Origin: Patescibacteria group bacterium
Lineage (GTDB): Bacteria > Patescibacteriota > Patescibacteriia > JBAZBY01
Reading direction: 5' to 3'
Length of the DNA: 64,000 nucleotides
NCBI GenBank assembly: GCA_041671225.1
Contig: JBAZBY010000001.1
Location: 30,338 to 94,337, forward strand
Shown: in pieces, positions 1-9,730 of the stretch
How positions within the stretch are numbered: position 1 is the first letter of the stretch
How the letters are laid out: each line of letters starts with the position of its first letter
Translations under genes and position numbers: made by a program
Notes under the pieces: generated by a model
Seen by the model: only the letters and a program-made list of their open reading frames with translations
Told to the model about the DNA's origin: nothing
The model's database searches: none

Positions 1-2054
1 CCGACATTTTCAAGCACAGAAGCAAGATCAAGCACAACCAGAACGATATTCTTTGGCAATTTGAATTGCAGATGATAATCTGCGCTTGGGATGCTTACTT
101 TGCCCACTTTTATACCGTTCATGAATATGGGCTGCTGTGTTACCTGTGTATCGCCAAAAGTGACTGCTGCACCCAACGCGCTACCCATCGCCTCTACCAT
201 CCCCTTTGCAACACGAACGGCATTTCCGGCAGAGCCGGATCCCGCTCCGCGGGGCTTCTCAACAACCAACATACCAAGCTTCTCTTTCTCGATGAACCCC
301 TTGTCCGCGCGGCAATATGTCTTGCCGAACTCAAACATACGAAACGCATCAAAGCGCTTTGCGTTCTTCTCTGCAACGGCAAGAAGGCCTGGCGTCATGC
401 AGGTACGCATGAATTCCTGATCCTTGGAAAGCGGATTCGCTATCTGCACCGCCTTCTCTTTGTGGCAAGTGATATAGCTCTCCGGAACATACGCATACCC
501 AACATGCTCATGCGCTCCCAGGCGTACAAGCGTTTCGCGCATCATCCTCACAAGTTGCGTGCTCTTTGGAAGGCCTTGCGGAATCCCCGACGCATTCGGA
601 ATCGTACGGATGATATTGTCATAACCATACAGACGCGCAACCTCCTCATGCACATCCTCTGCAATAAGAATGTCATGCCGCCAGCTTGGCGGTGTGACCT
701 TGATGCTGTCACCGGACCCGCTCACGCCGCAACCAAGAACCTTGAGACTCTTCGCTGCTTCTTGCCGGGTGATGCGAGTGCCAAGATGTGCATTCAAATT
801 CTTAAGGCTTACGTTGACCGCTGCGTGCTTCTCTTTTTGCTCGCCAACAATCACCGGATCGCCAACTGGCTTTGCGTCTGCACATTCCATCAGGAGTTCT
901 GTTGCGCGCGTAAGACCCGTGAGCGTCATATCGCGGTCCACGCCTTTTGCAAAGCGTTGTGAGCTTTCTGAAACAAGCTTCAGCTCATGCGATGTATCAT
1001 AAATCATTTGCTTATCCCAGACCGCTGCTTCAAGCAACACCTCCGTGGTCTGCTGTGTGATTTCACTCTCTTTGCCGCCCATCACTCCCGCAAGAGAAAG
1101 TACGCCGTTCGTATCTGCAACCACATGCATGTCTTTGGTGAGTTTGTGCATCTTCCCATCAAGCGTCATAAGCTTCTCACCCGGCTTTGCATAACGAACT
1201 GTGAATGCATGATTCGCGATCTTTGCCGCATCAAAAGAGTGCAACGGCCGACCAAGTTCCAATAATATATAATTCGTAATATCAACAACATTATTAATAG
1301 GCCGCTCCCCTGCTGCGCGCAAACGCTCCTGCATCCATTGTGGCGATGGCTTGATCTTCACGTTCGTGAGGTACTGCATCATAAAGAGCGGGCAAGCCTT
1401 TTTATCTTCTACCTTTACCTTCACATCGCTTTTGCCGCCCTCAGCCGTAGACCGGCCACGGGCGAGGCTCCACTTCTTTGTTCGCTTCACGACTGGCAGT
1501 GCATGGCCTTCTGCAGCGGCAATCTCGCGCGCAAGGCCGATCACAGAAAGACAATCAGGGCGGTTTGGCATGACATCCACGGTATACACCGTATCCTTCC
1601 CTTTCAAGAACTGCGCTGCGGGCTTCCCCACGATTGCATCCTGCGCAAGTTCAATAATACCGTTGTGATCGCTGCCCAAGCCAAGCTCATCTTCAGCACA
1701 GAGCATTCCTTGGGATACCTCGCCGCGAATTTTTGCCTTTTCAATTGTTGTACCATTGGGCAAAACAGTGCCAACTTGCGCAACCGCGACCTTGAGCCCT
1801 GCTTTGCAATTTGCTGCGCCGCACACAATGGGCTGCGGCTCGCCCGTGCCAATATCAACGGTTGTCACTTTAAGACGGTCCGCATTCGGATGCTTTGCAG
1901 CGGTGATCACTTCACCAACAATCACACTGTCAGGAATGGCCACGCCAGCATGGACTGCATCAACGGGCAAACCAGCGTTGTTAAAAATTTCCACAACACG
2001 CTTTGCTGGCGGCATTTTTACGTAGTCTCCTGCCCAGGAGTGCGAGAGTTCCAT
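1..2054 (-). CDS. pheT: phenylalanine--tRNA ligase beta subunit, 3'-truncated by window edge
   Basis: Hand translation of the minus strand from ATG 2054..2052 (1 nt after the pheS stop) runs without a stop to position 1 (MELSHSWAGDYVKMPPAKRVVEIF... with tRNA-binding and B3/B4 regions). It is absent from the ORF track because it runs off the edge. Plus-strand ORFs 66..962, 987..1265 and 1338..2132 are antisense artefacts of this gene. Confidence 0.85.
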   Translation of the reverse strand, partial: MELSHSWAGDYVKMPPAKRVVEIFNNAGLPVDAVHAGVAIPDSVIVGEVITAAKHPNADRLKVTTVDIGTGEPQPIVCGAANCKAGLKVAVAQVGTVLPNGTTIEKAKIRGEVSQGMLCAEDELGLGSDHNGIIELAQDAIVGKPAAQFLKGKDTVYTVDVMPNRPDCLSVIGLAREIAAAEGHALPVVKRTKKWSLARGRSTAEGGKSDVKVKVEDKKACPLFMMQYLTNVKIKPSPQWMQERLRAAGERPINNVVDITNYILLELGRPLHSFDAAKIANHAFTVRYAKPGEKLMTLDGKMHKLTKDMHVVADTNGVLSLAGVMGGKESEITQQTTEVLLEAAVWDKQMIYDTSHELKLVSESSQRFAKGVDRDMTLTGLTRATELLMECADAKPVGDPVIVGEQKEKHAAVNVSLKNLNAHLGTRITRQEAAKSLKVLGCGVSGSGDSIKVTPPSWRHDILIAEDVHEEVARLYGYDNIIRTIPNASGIPQGLPKSTQLVRMMRETLVRLGAHEHVGYAYVPESYITCHKEKAVQIANPLSKDQEFMRTCMTPGLLAVAEKNAKRFDAFRMFEFGKTYCRADKGFIEKEKLGMLVVEKPRGAGSGSAGNAVRVAKGMVEAMGSALGAAVTFGDTQVTQQPIFMNGIKVGKVSIPSADYHLQFKLPKNIVLVVLDLASVLENV

Positions 2055-2055
2055 A

Positions 2056-3072
2056 TTAAAATTGCTTCAAAAAACGAAGATCGCCTTGGTAACTTGAACG
2101 GATATCACGAACATCATTGTAATACATCATGAGACGATCAATACCCATGCCAAAAGCAAAACCGGAATATTCCTTTGGATCCACGCCCATGTTCTTCAAG
2201 ACTTTTGGATGCACCATTCCGCAACCGAGCATTTCCATCCAACCCTTGCTGCCCTTCATAAGCACTTCCGCGCCTGGTTCCACAAATGGGAAGAAGCTCG
2301 GCTGTGCGCGCGTTTCAACATCATCGCCAAACAACGCCTTAAAGAAAACATCCAAGGTACCGAGCATATCGCCAAAGCTGATGCCTTTTTCAATCACAAG
2401 ACCTTCATTGTAGAAATAATTCGCCTCATGCGTTGCGTCCGTCGCTTCATGGCGAAACACGCGGCCTGGTGAGATAAAACGAATAGGCGGTTTGCGCTCC
2501 TCCATGACCCGAATCTGCATGGGCGAAATATGCGTACGGAGCAGGGGGGTTTCTGGTCCACTTTTTTTTGCAGCACCTTGTCCGCCGGAGCCCGAAGGGG
2601 CGGGGGCGGAAACATAAAATGTATCCCACACGTCGCGTGAAGGATGCTTTTCTGGAATATTCAGCAGATCAAAGTTGTACTTTGCCTTTTCTATCTCCGG
2701 GCCGTACAGGATCTCATACCCCATCTGCAAAAAAATATCCTCGATGCGCTGCTGCATGGCCATAAGCGGATGCACAGAACCTTTTTCTTGTTTCAGGGCT
2801 GGCAAAGAGAGATCGGCAGCTGCACCACTGCCTTCTGCGAGTACGCGACGCTGTACGCTCAAAAGCTGCTCCAGTTCCTTTTGCAGCTCATTCGCCTGCT
2901 TGCCCATGGTTCGCTTTTCCTCAGCAGAAAGATCCTTCACTTGCTTGAGTACCAGTGTGAGTTCACCTTTGCGGCCAAGATATTTCTTTTCGACGTTAAA
3001 AAGCTGCTGCGCATCTTTTGCGGCGCTGATATCTTTTTGCGCGCGTAGTTTTATATCTTCAAGGGATTTCAT
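2056..3072 (-). CDS. pheS: phenylalanine--tRNA ligase alpha subunit
   Basis: 338-aa product with class II aaRS core (FRHEATDATHEANYFYNEG, GFAFGMGIDRLMM). It sits upstream of pheT in the canonical pheST arrangement. Confidence 0.93.
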   Translation of the reverse strand: MKSLEDIKLRAQKDISAAKDAQQLFNVEKKYLGRKGELTLVLKQVKDLSAEEKRTMGKQANELQKELEQLLSVQRRVLAEGSGAAADLSLPALKQEKGSVHPLMAMQQRIEDIFLQMGYEILYGPEIEKAKYNFDLLNIPEKHPSRDVWDTFYVSAPAPSGSGGQGAAKKSGPETPLLRTHISPMQIRVMEERKPPIRFISPGRVFRHEATDATHEANYFYNEGLVIEKGISFGDMLGTLDVFFKALFGDDVETRAQPSFFPFVEPGAEVLMKGSKGWMEMLGCGMVHPKVLKNMGVDPKEYSGFAFGMGIDRLMMYYNDVRDIRSSYQGDLRFLKQF

Positions 3073-3446
3073 TGTGTACTTGCTGCGAGGAAAAAATATT
3101 CAATAGCCCCGGTAAAGAGAAGCAAGAGCGGCACGTGCCACCAGGCGAAGAAGCCGGTGCCGAGCAGCAGGAAGAGTACCACCACCAGCAGGCCAAAGAG
3201 TACGGCTTGCCGCGCTGCCACGCCGATCTGGCGCACCGGAAGTGTTTCCCGGTCGATCAAGCGCCGTATGCCAAAACCCACGAGCGTGAGCGTTGTGACG
3301 CTTGCAAGGAACAATGACGCATAAAACAGAAACAGCGCAATGCTTCCTCCGGTATCCGGGTTCATGCGGAAGAGCACAAGTACCAAGCCGACCCATGCAA
3401 GCAGCCCGGCGATTGCGATTACGGTAAGATACTGCGAAAGGGTCAT
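3069..3446 (-). CDS. small hypothetical membrane protein (3-4 predicted TM helices)
   Basis: 125-aa hydrophobic ORF that overlaps the pheS start by 4 nt (ATGA-type coupling). No recognisable domain. Confidence 0.5.
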   Translation of the reverse strand: MTLSQYLTVIAIAGLLAWVGLVLVLFRMNPDTGGSIALFLFYASLFLASVTTLTLVGFGIRRLIDRETLPVRQIGVAARQAVLFGLLVVVLFLLLGTGFFAWWHVPLLLLFTGAIEYFFLAASTQ

Positions 3447-3499
3447 AAGGTGTGCTTACGGTACCACTTTTGCTGGTGATTTTCAAGCGAATATTTTTT

Positions 3500-3547
3500 C
3501 GTCACAAAGCGAAAACGGGCGATATCCTCCTGGATATGTCGCCCGTT
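3500..3547 (-). terminator. intrinsic terminator downstream of CDS 3578..4189
   Basis: Imperfect GC-rich stem 3514-3527 / 3532-3547 (AACGGGCGATATCC ... GGATATGTCGCCCGTT), followed on the minus strand by UUUUCGCUUU. Confidence 0.55.
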
Positions 3548-3577
3548 CTACCCCACGATGTGGGGGAAAAAGATCGG

Positions 3578-4189
3578 TCAGCCAACACCCGGGATGGGGG
3601 TGTCGCCGAGGTAGAGATACCCCGGCGGGATGACTAGGTATTGGCGCTCGCTGCGAGACAGCTGCGTCGGGATGCGGATGCGCATACCCTGATGCAGGAG
3701 CCCCACAACGGAAGCCACGGAAGGAAAGTGCGCATTGCTTGCCCAATTCATGACGTTCCACTGCTGGGAGCTCATCGCACATGTTGTTGGAATCTCCGCA
3801 TCGTCAGCGACCACGACGCGGACGGTGTCTCCCTCGGTGCTGTAGACCACCATCAGGAGTTTACCCTTTGGGATCACGGTGATTGCCGAGGCGACTTTTC
3901 CGTCATCAGCTCCGGCGATCGCCCCAATGGCAGCACCGGGCCATCCGAAGAAGAGCCCACCAATGATGGCGCCACCGGCGGCACCATCTGACCCACCGCC
4001 GCCTTGAGACTGGGCTGTGAACAAGGTGTCGGCGCCAGGCATGTAGGCAAAGCCCAGCAAGGTGGCGTCGATGGTGTTCTCCGCCATCAAAACACTTCCT
4101 TGCTCCCTTCCCTCCCCAACCGAGAGAATCACCACCACAAACGCCGCGAGGAGTACAAAGATCACCAGAGAAGCAACCAAACGACTCAT
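3578..4189 (-). CDS. hypothetical glycine-zipper-like membrane-anchored protein
   Basis: 203 aa with an N-terminal TM/signal anchor and a Gly-rich segment (GGGGSDGAAGGAIIGGLFFGWPGAAIGAIAG). GGAGGG Shine-Dalgarno 7 nt upstream of the ATG. Confidence 0.55.
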   Translation of the reverse strand: MSRLVASLVIFVLLAAFVVVILSVGEGREQGSVLMAENTIDATLLGFAYMPGADTLFTAQSQGGGGSDGAAGGAIIGGLFFGWPGAAIGAIAGADDGKVASAITVIPKGKLLMVVYSTEGDTVRVVVADDAEIPTTCAMSSQQWNVMNWASNAHFPSVASVVGLLHQGMRIRIPTQLSRSERQYLVIPPGYLYLGDTPIPGVG

Positions 4190-4316
4190 GACAAAACCCT
4201 CCTGTGTATGAGACGCGTCAGCTCTCGCATCGGGACTATCCCGTTGTAAAGAGCGACAGCATACCCTACGCCAAAACTACCCTTTTGTCAAGGATACGCT
4301 GACCGCACTGCGTTAT

Positions 4317-4946
4317 TTACTCCGACTTTTTTCCCCAAATACTGATCCAATCAACTCCCTTGCGTCCAAGCTCATCTTCATACCGTTCTGAACGCTCAAT
4401 CGTAAATCCTGCCTCCTGTAATTCTGCCTCAAGTTCTTCCTGTGTTATATAAGAAAAGAACCGATTCTCACCGCTTGAGAGCGCATCGCTCTTTGTGTCG
4501 CTTCCTTGTCCCTCTTTCATGCGGACATGAAGCAAGCCTCCGGCGAGCATGACGCGAAAACATTCTCTCAAAACCTTCTTTCGATCGTCTTTCTCAAGAT
4601 GGAGCAATACTGCATTCGCCCATATGGCATTGAAGCTTGCATCCGCAAAAGAAAGCTTCCGCGCATCCATAGTGAGAAAGTCTCCCTTTGGAACGCGCTT
4701 TCTTGCCTCATCAATAAATTCTTCAACGAGATCAATGCCGGTTACACGATGTCCATGGGCAATAAAATAAGCGCTGTCACGTCCACCCGCGCAACCTATA
4801 TCAAGAATGTGTGAACCTGGTGCAAGTCGCTTTTCAAATTCCTCCCGTTCCTCGACGATAATATCTGCTATATCTTCAATATATTTCGCGCCAATGCGCC
4901 TATAGACGTTGAGTGTTTCTTGAAACTTTTTTTCGCTGTCGTCCAT
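4317..4946 (-). CDS. class I SAM-dependent methyltransferase (small-molecule type)
   Basis: Motif I LDIGCAGGRDS and overall Rossmann-fold MTase layout. 209 aa. Ends 1 nt before the start of the helicase-nuclease gene. Confidence 0.8.
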   Translation of the reverse strand: MDDSEKKFQETLNVYRRIGAKYIEDIADIIVEEREEFEKRLAPGSHILDIGCAGGRDSAYFIAHGHRVTGIDLVEEFIDEARKRVPKGDFLTMDARKLSFADASFNAIWANAVLLHLEKDDRKKVLRECFRVMLAGGLLHVRMKEGQGSDTKSDALSSGENRFFSYITQEELEAELQEAGFTIERSERYEDELGRKGVDWISIWGKKSE

Positions 4947-4947
4947 A

Positions 4948-7900
4948 TTATGCGTTCACATCCGCAAAATCGCAGATGTCTTTATATTCGCAGAACCTGC
5001 ACATGCGGCCGGGCGTTGGCGTGAAGTCGCCGGATTCAATGTGTGCCGCAGTTTCCCCCACCCACTCCGTCACGTCTTCATAATCCTCCGGCTGCGGTTC
5101 CAAAGAAAGCATGGAACCGTCTTCCAAATAATAATAAGTGACCTTTGCCACATCTGCATCCAACACGTGCGGATCGCGCGCAGCCGCGGCATAGAGCATC
5201 AATTGCCGCTTGTCTTCTTTCTCAAGCTTGTCTTTTGATTTTCCGGTTTTGTAATCAATGATATGCACCTTCTCCCCTTCCTTGTCGATACGGTCCATGC
5301 TGCCGCCAACGATTCGCTCCGCGATCTTCACGGTGAACCGCTGCTCCAATGCGAGGTGCCCCACCGGCATCTTTGCATACTGCTCATAAAAATCCTTCAG
5401 CGCATGCTTTCCTTTTTGAAAGTATTCCATGCGCTGCTTTTTGCTCACATACCAATCGTCAATGAAATTTTTTTCGTACATCGCAATCAGTTCATCAAAG
5501 CTCACTGGCAGACCCTCTTGCTGCTTTTCTTCCTGCGTGCCAAAGAGATCACCCTGCTGCGCACTGCGCCGCTCCTGCACCTGCGTGAGAAACTGATACA
5601 GCGTGTGGTGCACAGAATTCCCAAACGAAAAATGATGGCTTCCGCGCGCCGGCACCTTGAGCACGAACGCAAACTTGTACTTCAAGGGGCAGTCATCATA
5701 CTTTGCGAGCGATGAGAAGCTGTGCTTTTTGACCGCAGTGGTAAGCGGCTGCCCGGCATAGCCGGGTTCGGCTTTGCCGGAAGGCACCACATCAATTTTC
5801 TTTGCCGGTTTCTTCTGCGTTTTCTTCTTTGCAACAGCTTCCTCCTTCTCCACAAGCCCAAGCTCATGCAAGAATTGCGATGGCCGCTTCATGCGGCTTC
5901 CGCCGTAATCCTTTGCTGATGTGAAGAACACTCCCTCCTGTGCGCGCGTGATACCAACATAGAACAACCGCCGTTCTTCTTCTGTGTGAATGTCCCCTTT
6001 TGGCACGGTCTCCCGCACCAGCGCATCCGGCACAGCAATGGCGTCGCGCCGTTCCATGGTCGGGAAACGCTGCTCAACGAGGTTTACTAAAAAGACGAAC
6101 GGGAACTCCAACCCCTTTGCGGTGTGCACGGTCATCACGCGCACGGCATCCGGACCGGTCTCCAGGTCCACGGCCATCTTGCCGCTCTCGCCGGCGTTCT
6201 TCTCCAGCTCGATCTGCCGCATGAAGCTCCTCACGGACGTGTCTTCGCTGCCGCGCTCAAAATCCTGAATGACACGGAAGAACTGGTTGATGGCGTCTAT
6301 TTTTGCCTGCGTCGCCTGATCTTTAACTCGGCCGCCCTGCGTCAGCACGTTCATATACCCGGAGTCCTCAAGAAACCCGATGGCCACCTCATGCGCGCTG
6401 CCGCGGCGGGCAAGAGCCGTATGTTTCTCCACCAAACTCACGAACCGCGCAAGCGCTGTCTTTGCTGTTTCTGAAACGTTGTAGACTCCCGCAAGCCGGG
6501 CGGTCTCATAGAGCGACTGGCTCTTGCGCTTGGCGACTTCGTTCAAGGTGATGAGGTCGCTGTCCGGAATGGCGAATGCCCGGGATGTGAGCACGCGCCA
6601 CACGGCCGTGCTCTCATGATAATTGTCCACCAGCTTCAGATAATTCAAGATGTCCAAGACCTCCGGCTTGCGGTACAAACCGCGGCTCGTGACGGATTGG
6701 TACGGCACGCCTGCGCGTTCCAGCGCCAGAATGAACGCCTGCGCATGGTCATTGGCGCGCACAAGGATCGCAAAATCCGACCAGACGCGCCCGGTCTTTT
6801 TTTCCTTCAGCTCGATGATCTTCTTCACCACCGCACTCGCCTCTCCTGCCTCTGTTTTTTCTTCAATGTGTTCAATAATGCCAACGCCCTTTTTAGCGGC
6901 CTGCAGTTTTTTGGAAACACTGCTTTCTGCACTTCCATTTGTCAGTTGTACTTCTAGACGATTTGGATTATTGAGCTGAATGAATCGGTATGCCAGATCC
7001 AAAATGTTCTGCTTGGAACGGTAATTTTCCGTGAGCACCACCTGCTCCGCATTCGGGTAATCTTTCTTGAACGCAAGAATGTTGGAAATGCTTGCTCCAC
7101 GGAACTTATAGATTGACTGGTCATCATCGCCAACAACGGTAAGGTTATTTTTTGGCGCGGAGAGCATCTTCACCATTTCATATTGCGCCCAGTTGGTATC
7201 CTGAAACTCATCCACCAAGATGAATTTGAACTGCTCCCGATATTTTTTAAGCAAGTTCGGGCGCTGCGTGAAAAGGTCCAGCGTAGCGGTGATGAGGCTC
7301 CCAAAGTCCAACGCGCCCTCCCCGGCAGAGCCGGGTCCGGCTCCGCCGGATTTTGCCAAGAGTTGTTCATAGACATGATAGGCATTCGCCACTTCTTCAA
7401 TGCGCTTGGCCTCAATCAGCTCCGGGTCGTTCTCCGCTTCCCGCTTGGTGAATTCCTGCTGGTCGCGGTTCAGGCGCAGGCTTTCCGCATATGCCAGGTA
7501 CTCTGCCGGCGTGATGTGTTCATCTTTGAGGCGCGAAAAATGCGTGATCAATGCATGGATGAACTTGGTGGGATTGCCGAGCGGACGGTAATAATCCAGA
7601 TCAAAATCATCAAGATGCTCGTGGATGAACATCCATTGTTCGGTTTGCGTGAGGAGGCGGAACTCCGTTGGTAGGCCGATGTCTATGCCATGCGTCTGCA
7701 AAATGCGCTCGCCAAAACTGTGGAATGTTGAGATCCACATGTCCAAGTATCCATACGGCAGAAGCTGGTCCACGCGCTCCTGCATTTCGCCAGCTGCTTT
7801 GTCCGTGAACGTGAGCGCCAGAATTTCATGCGGCTCGGCCAGGCCTTCTTTGATAAGCCAGCCGATGCGCTCCGTGATGACGGTGGTCTTACCCGTGCCG

Positions 7901-7983
7901 GCTCCGGCCACGATCAAAAGCGGCCCTTCGCGGTGCTGGACTGCTTGTTTTTGAGCTGAGTTGAGGACGTCAGTGAAGGGCAT
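4948..7983 (-). CDS. UvrD/PcrA-family helicase fused to a C-terminal PD-(D/E)XK Cas4-like nuclease domain (AddA-like helicase-nuclease)
   Basis: Walker A GAGTGKT and DEFQDT helicase motifs. C-terminal IIDYKTGKS plus a 4-Cys cluster (DCPLKY ... CRFCEYKDIC) typical of RecB/Cas4-like Fe-S nucleases. Confidence 0.85.
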   Translation of the reverse strand: MPFTDVLNSAQKQAVQHREGPLLIVAGAGTGKTTVITERIGWLIKEGLAEPHEILALTFTDKAAGEMQERVDQLLPYGYLDMWISTFHSFGERILQTHGIDIGLPTEFRLLTQTEQWMFIHEHLDDFDLDYYRPLGNPTKFIHALITHFSRLKDEHITPAEYLAYAESLRLNRDQQEFTKREAENDPELIEAKRIEEVANAYHVYEQLLAKSGGAGPGSAGEGALDFGSLITATLDLFTQRPNLLKKYREQFKFILVDEFQDTNWAQYEMVKMLSAPKNNLTVVGDDDQSIYKFRGASISNILAFKKDYPNAEQVVLTENYRSKQNILDLAYRFIQLNNPNRLEVQLTNGSAESSVSKKLQAAKKGVGIIEHIEEKTEAGEASAVVKKIIELKEKKTGRVWSDFAILVRANDHAQAFILALERAGVPYQSVTSRGLYRKPEVLDILNYLKLVDNYHESTAVWRVLTSRAFAIPDSDLITLNEVAKRKSQSLYETARLAGVYNVSETAKTALARFVSLVEKHTALARRGSAHEVAIGFLEDSGYMNVLTQGGRVKDQATQAKIDAINQFFRVIQDFERGSEDTSVRSFMRQIELEKNAGESGKMAVDLETGPDAVRVMTVHTAKGLEFPFVFLVNLVEQRFPTMERRDAIAVPDALVRETVPKGDIHTEEERRLFYVGITRAQEGVFFTSAKDYGGSRMKRPSQFLHELGLVEKEEAVAKKKTQKKPAKKIDVVPSGKAEPGYAGQPLTTAVKKHSFSSLAKYDDCPLKYKFAFVLKVPARGSHHFSFGNSVHHTLYQFLTQVQERRSAQQGDLFGTQEEKQQEGLPVSFDELIAMYEKNFIDDWYVSKKQRMEYFQKGKHALKDFYEQYAKMPVGHLALEQRFTVKIAERIVGGSMDRIDKEGEKVHIIDYKTGKSKDKLEKEDKRQLMLYAAAARDPHVLDADVAKVTYYYLEDGSMLSLEPQPEDYEDVTEWVGETAAHIESGDFTPTPGRMCRFCEYKDICDFADVNA

Positions 7984-8009
7984 GAGGACTTCAGTATACC
8001 ACGCCTTAC

Positions 8010-8555
8010 CTACCCAAAGCGCTCTTTGAGTACTTCTAAAAGCTTATCAAATTCCTGTCCATGAGGCGGCAGTGAATCTCTATTATTCTGAAGCAGATCA
8101 ACGAATGCTGTATAAGGAATAAATCTAATCGCCGAAATCTCCTCCTCAGGAAAAGTAATATCATGCCTCGTGATATCTCGTTGAAAAAGATACACATCAC
8201 TCACACTTACCTCTCGCCAGCCGTTATTCCCTATTGGAATATCTTCATGGTAAGTCAATAGATGCTCAAGATCTTTTGGCCCAATACGCAGGCCGAGTTC
8301 CTCCTGCACTTCACGCATCGCCGCCGTCTGAGTATTCTCCCCTGCATCAATATGTCCGGCACAAGAAATATCCCAATACCCAGGATATGAATAACATGAT
8401 GCACTCCGCTTTTGCATAAGAACTTCACCTTTTGGGGTCACGGCCCACACATGCACATTCCGATGCAAAAGCCCCTTGCGGTGTACCGTATCCTTGTCCG
8501 CGGTTTTTCCCGTTGGATTCCCTTGCTCATCAATGATATCAACCTTATTCTCCAT
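8010..8555 (-). CDS. NUDIX hydrolase
   Basis: Canonical Nudix box GHIDAGENTQTAAMREVQEELG (Gx5Ex7REVxEELG). Confidence 0.85.
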   Translation of the reverse strand: MENKVDIIDEQGNPTGKTADKDTVHRKGLLHRNVHVWAVTPKGEVLMQKRSASCYSYPGYWDISCAGHIDAGENTQTAAMREVQEELGLRIGPKDLEHLLTYHEDIPIGNNGWREVSVSDVYLFQRDITRHDITFPEEEISAIRFIPYTAFVDLLQNNRDSLPPHGQEFDKLLEVLKERFG

Positions 8556-8707
8556 AAAATCATCTCTGCCATTGCACTCAGTATAGCATCCGCCTTCGTT
8601 AGAATCTACGGCAGATTATTTTTTATATGTCATGCCCGCCCCGGGTATTGGGCGTCAAGAAAAATCCGAGATTACCAGCCAAGGGACTTTCCGGCATCAA
8701 TATTCTC

Positions 8708-8736
8708 TTGACAAAATGACACATGTGGGGTAACGT
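8708..8736 (+). promoter_or_regulatory. candidate sigma70-like promoter for CDS 8842..9534
   Basis: TTGACA at 8708-8713, 17-nt spacer, TAACGT at 8731-8736. By eye only. Confidence 0.3.
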
Positions 8737-8841
8737 CGTTCGTTGCTCTTTTAATGCCAAAGTGGCGAGAGAAGGGCAACGCGGCACTCCAAAGAAAGGA
8801 CGGCGATGGCACTGGAAGTTGTTTTGAGGGAGGGAACCTAC

Positions 8842-9534
8842 ATGGTAAATGTAGAGTTCCGCCTTCGCACACGATTGCATGGTCGATGGGACCGGAGGCA
8901 AGTCAGAGCCTATACTCTATCGGAGAAGCTGGACTTCCCCTGCATACTGAGGGGCGATCTGGTGATCCACCCCCGCGGCTCGCTGCGGTCCCTGCGCCAC
9001 CGCGGACAGGAAAAGCTCCTCCCGCTTCTGCAGGAACTCGTGAAACGGCTGGATGTGCAGCTCGCCACGTTGCCGGAGCAGAAGGATCCCCGCTGGTGGG
9101 AAATCTTCTACCTCTGTGTGCGCTTCCCTGAGGAACTGCCGATGATGAGCGAACCGTGGGTGGTGCACTACCCCAAGGACGGTGTGATGGATCTTACCAT
9201 CGCATCATTCGGGCCCCTGGTTCCGCAGTTTGCGCCGCACCTTTCGGCGATGGCGCAGACCATGGAGGCGTGCATCCTCGCAAGAGGGTACGCATCTGTG
9301 GCGGATGCGCGCGATACGATCATCCGGGCGATAGACGCCGCTCCGCATGGGCGTCCACAGAAAGCGCTTCGGATGTTCTTTGGCATCGAGCCAGAGGGCA
9401 GAAACAGCACTCGCTGGATCGGCGACGTCATCGGTGTGCGCGAGGCGACGATTCGCATCTATATTCACGACGCGCTCCGTCCGCTGAACCTCACCCTGAA
9501 CGAGGCCAAGTACGCGCTCGGCCTCGTCGTGTGA
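8842..9534 (+). CDS. hypothetical protein with C-terminal sigma-70 region-4-like HTH
   Basis: ORF track gives 8806..9534. An internal ATG at 8842 is preceded by GAGGGAGGG with 8-nt spacing, so 8842 is the likelier start. C-terminus WIGDVIGVREATIRIYIHDALRPL resembles an HTH. The gene lies in a GC-rich (about 62%) block. Confidence 0.55.
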   Translation: MVNVEFRLRTRLHGRWDRRQVRAYTLSEKLDFPCILRGDLVIHPRGSLRSLRHRGQEKLLPLLQELVKRLDVQLATLPEQKDPRWWEIFYLCVRFPEELPMMSEPWVVHYPKDGVMDLTIASFGPLVPQFAPHLSAMAQTMEACILARGYASVADARDTIIRAIDAAPHGRPQKALRMFFGIEPEGRNSTRWIGDVIGVREATIRIYIHDALRPLNLTLNEAKYALGLVV

Positions 9535-9596
9535 CCACATGTGCACACCCCATTGTCCTCACGGACCGCCACGAAGCGCGCGAAGCCGCTTCCGCA

Positions 9597-9640
9597 GACC
9601 CTATTTGTCCATGACAAATGCGATACCGGGGTCTTTTTTT
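9597..9640 (+). terminator. intrinsic terminator after CDS 8842..9534
   Basis: GACCC / GGGTC outer stem enclosing an inner ATTTGTC-cat-GACAAAT hairpin, followed by TTTTTTT at 9634-9640. Confidence 0.5.
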
Positions 9641-9677
9641 ATACCAAAAACCACCGCGAGGGCGCGATAGGTATACT

Positions 9678-9720
9678 AAAAAATGAGTGAGTGGTCCGCC
9701 GCGCGTTCGCAACGGACCAC
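9678..9720 (-). terminator. intrinsic terminator after HIT gene
   Basis: 8-bp stem GTGGTCCG (9691-9698) / CGGACCAC (9713-9720), followed on the minus strand by UCACUCAUUUUUU. Confidence 0.6.
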
Positions 9721-9730
9721 TCGCATACTC

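Noticed and set aside
66-2132. Plus-strand ORFs 66..962 (298 aa), 987..1265 and 1338..2132 (264 aa).
   Set aside because: Their products are low-complexity nonsense (Cys/His/Arg-rich), and the minus strand carries an uninterrupted PheT frame across the same span.
9156-9614. Multiple overlapping ORFs (9156..9614 plus; 9168..9458 and 9205..9546 minus) in the GC-rich block.
   Set aside because: They are alternative frames or antisense of the 8842..9534 gene, which has the Shine-Dalgarno sequence and a coherent product.
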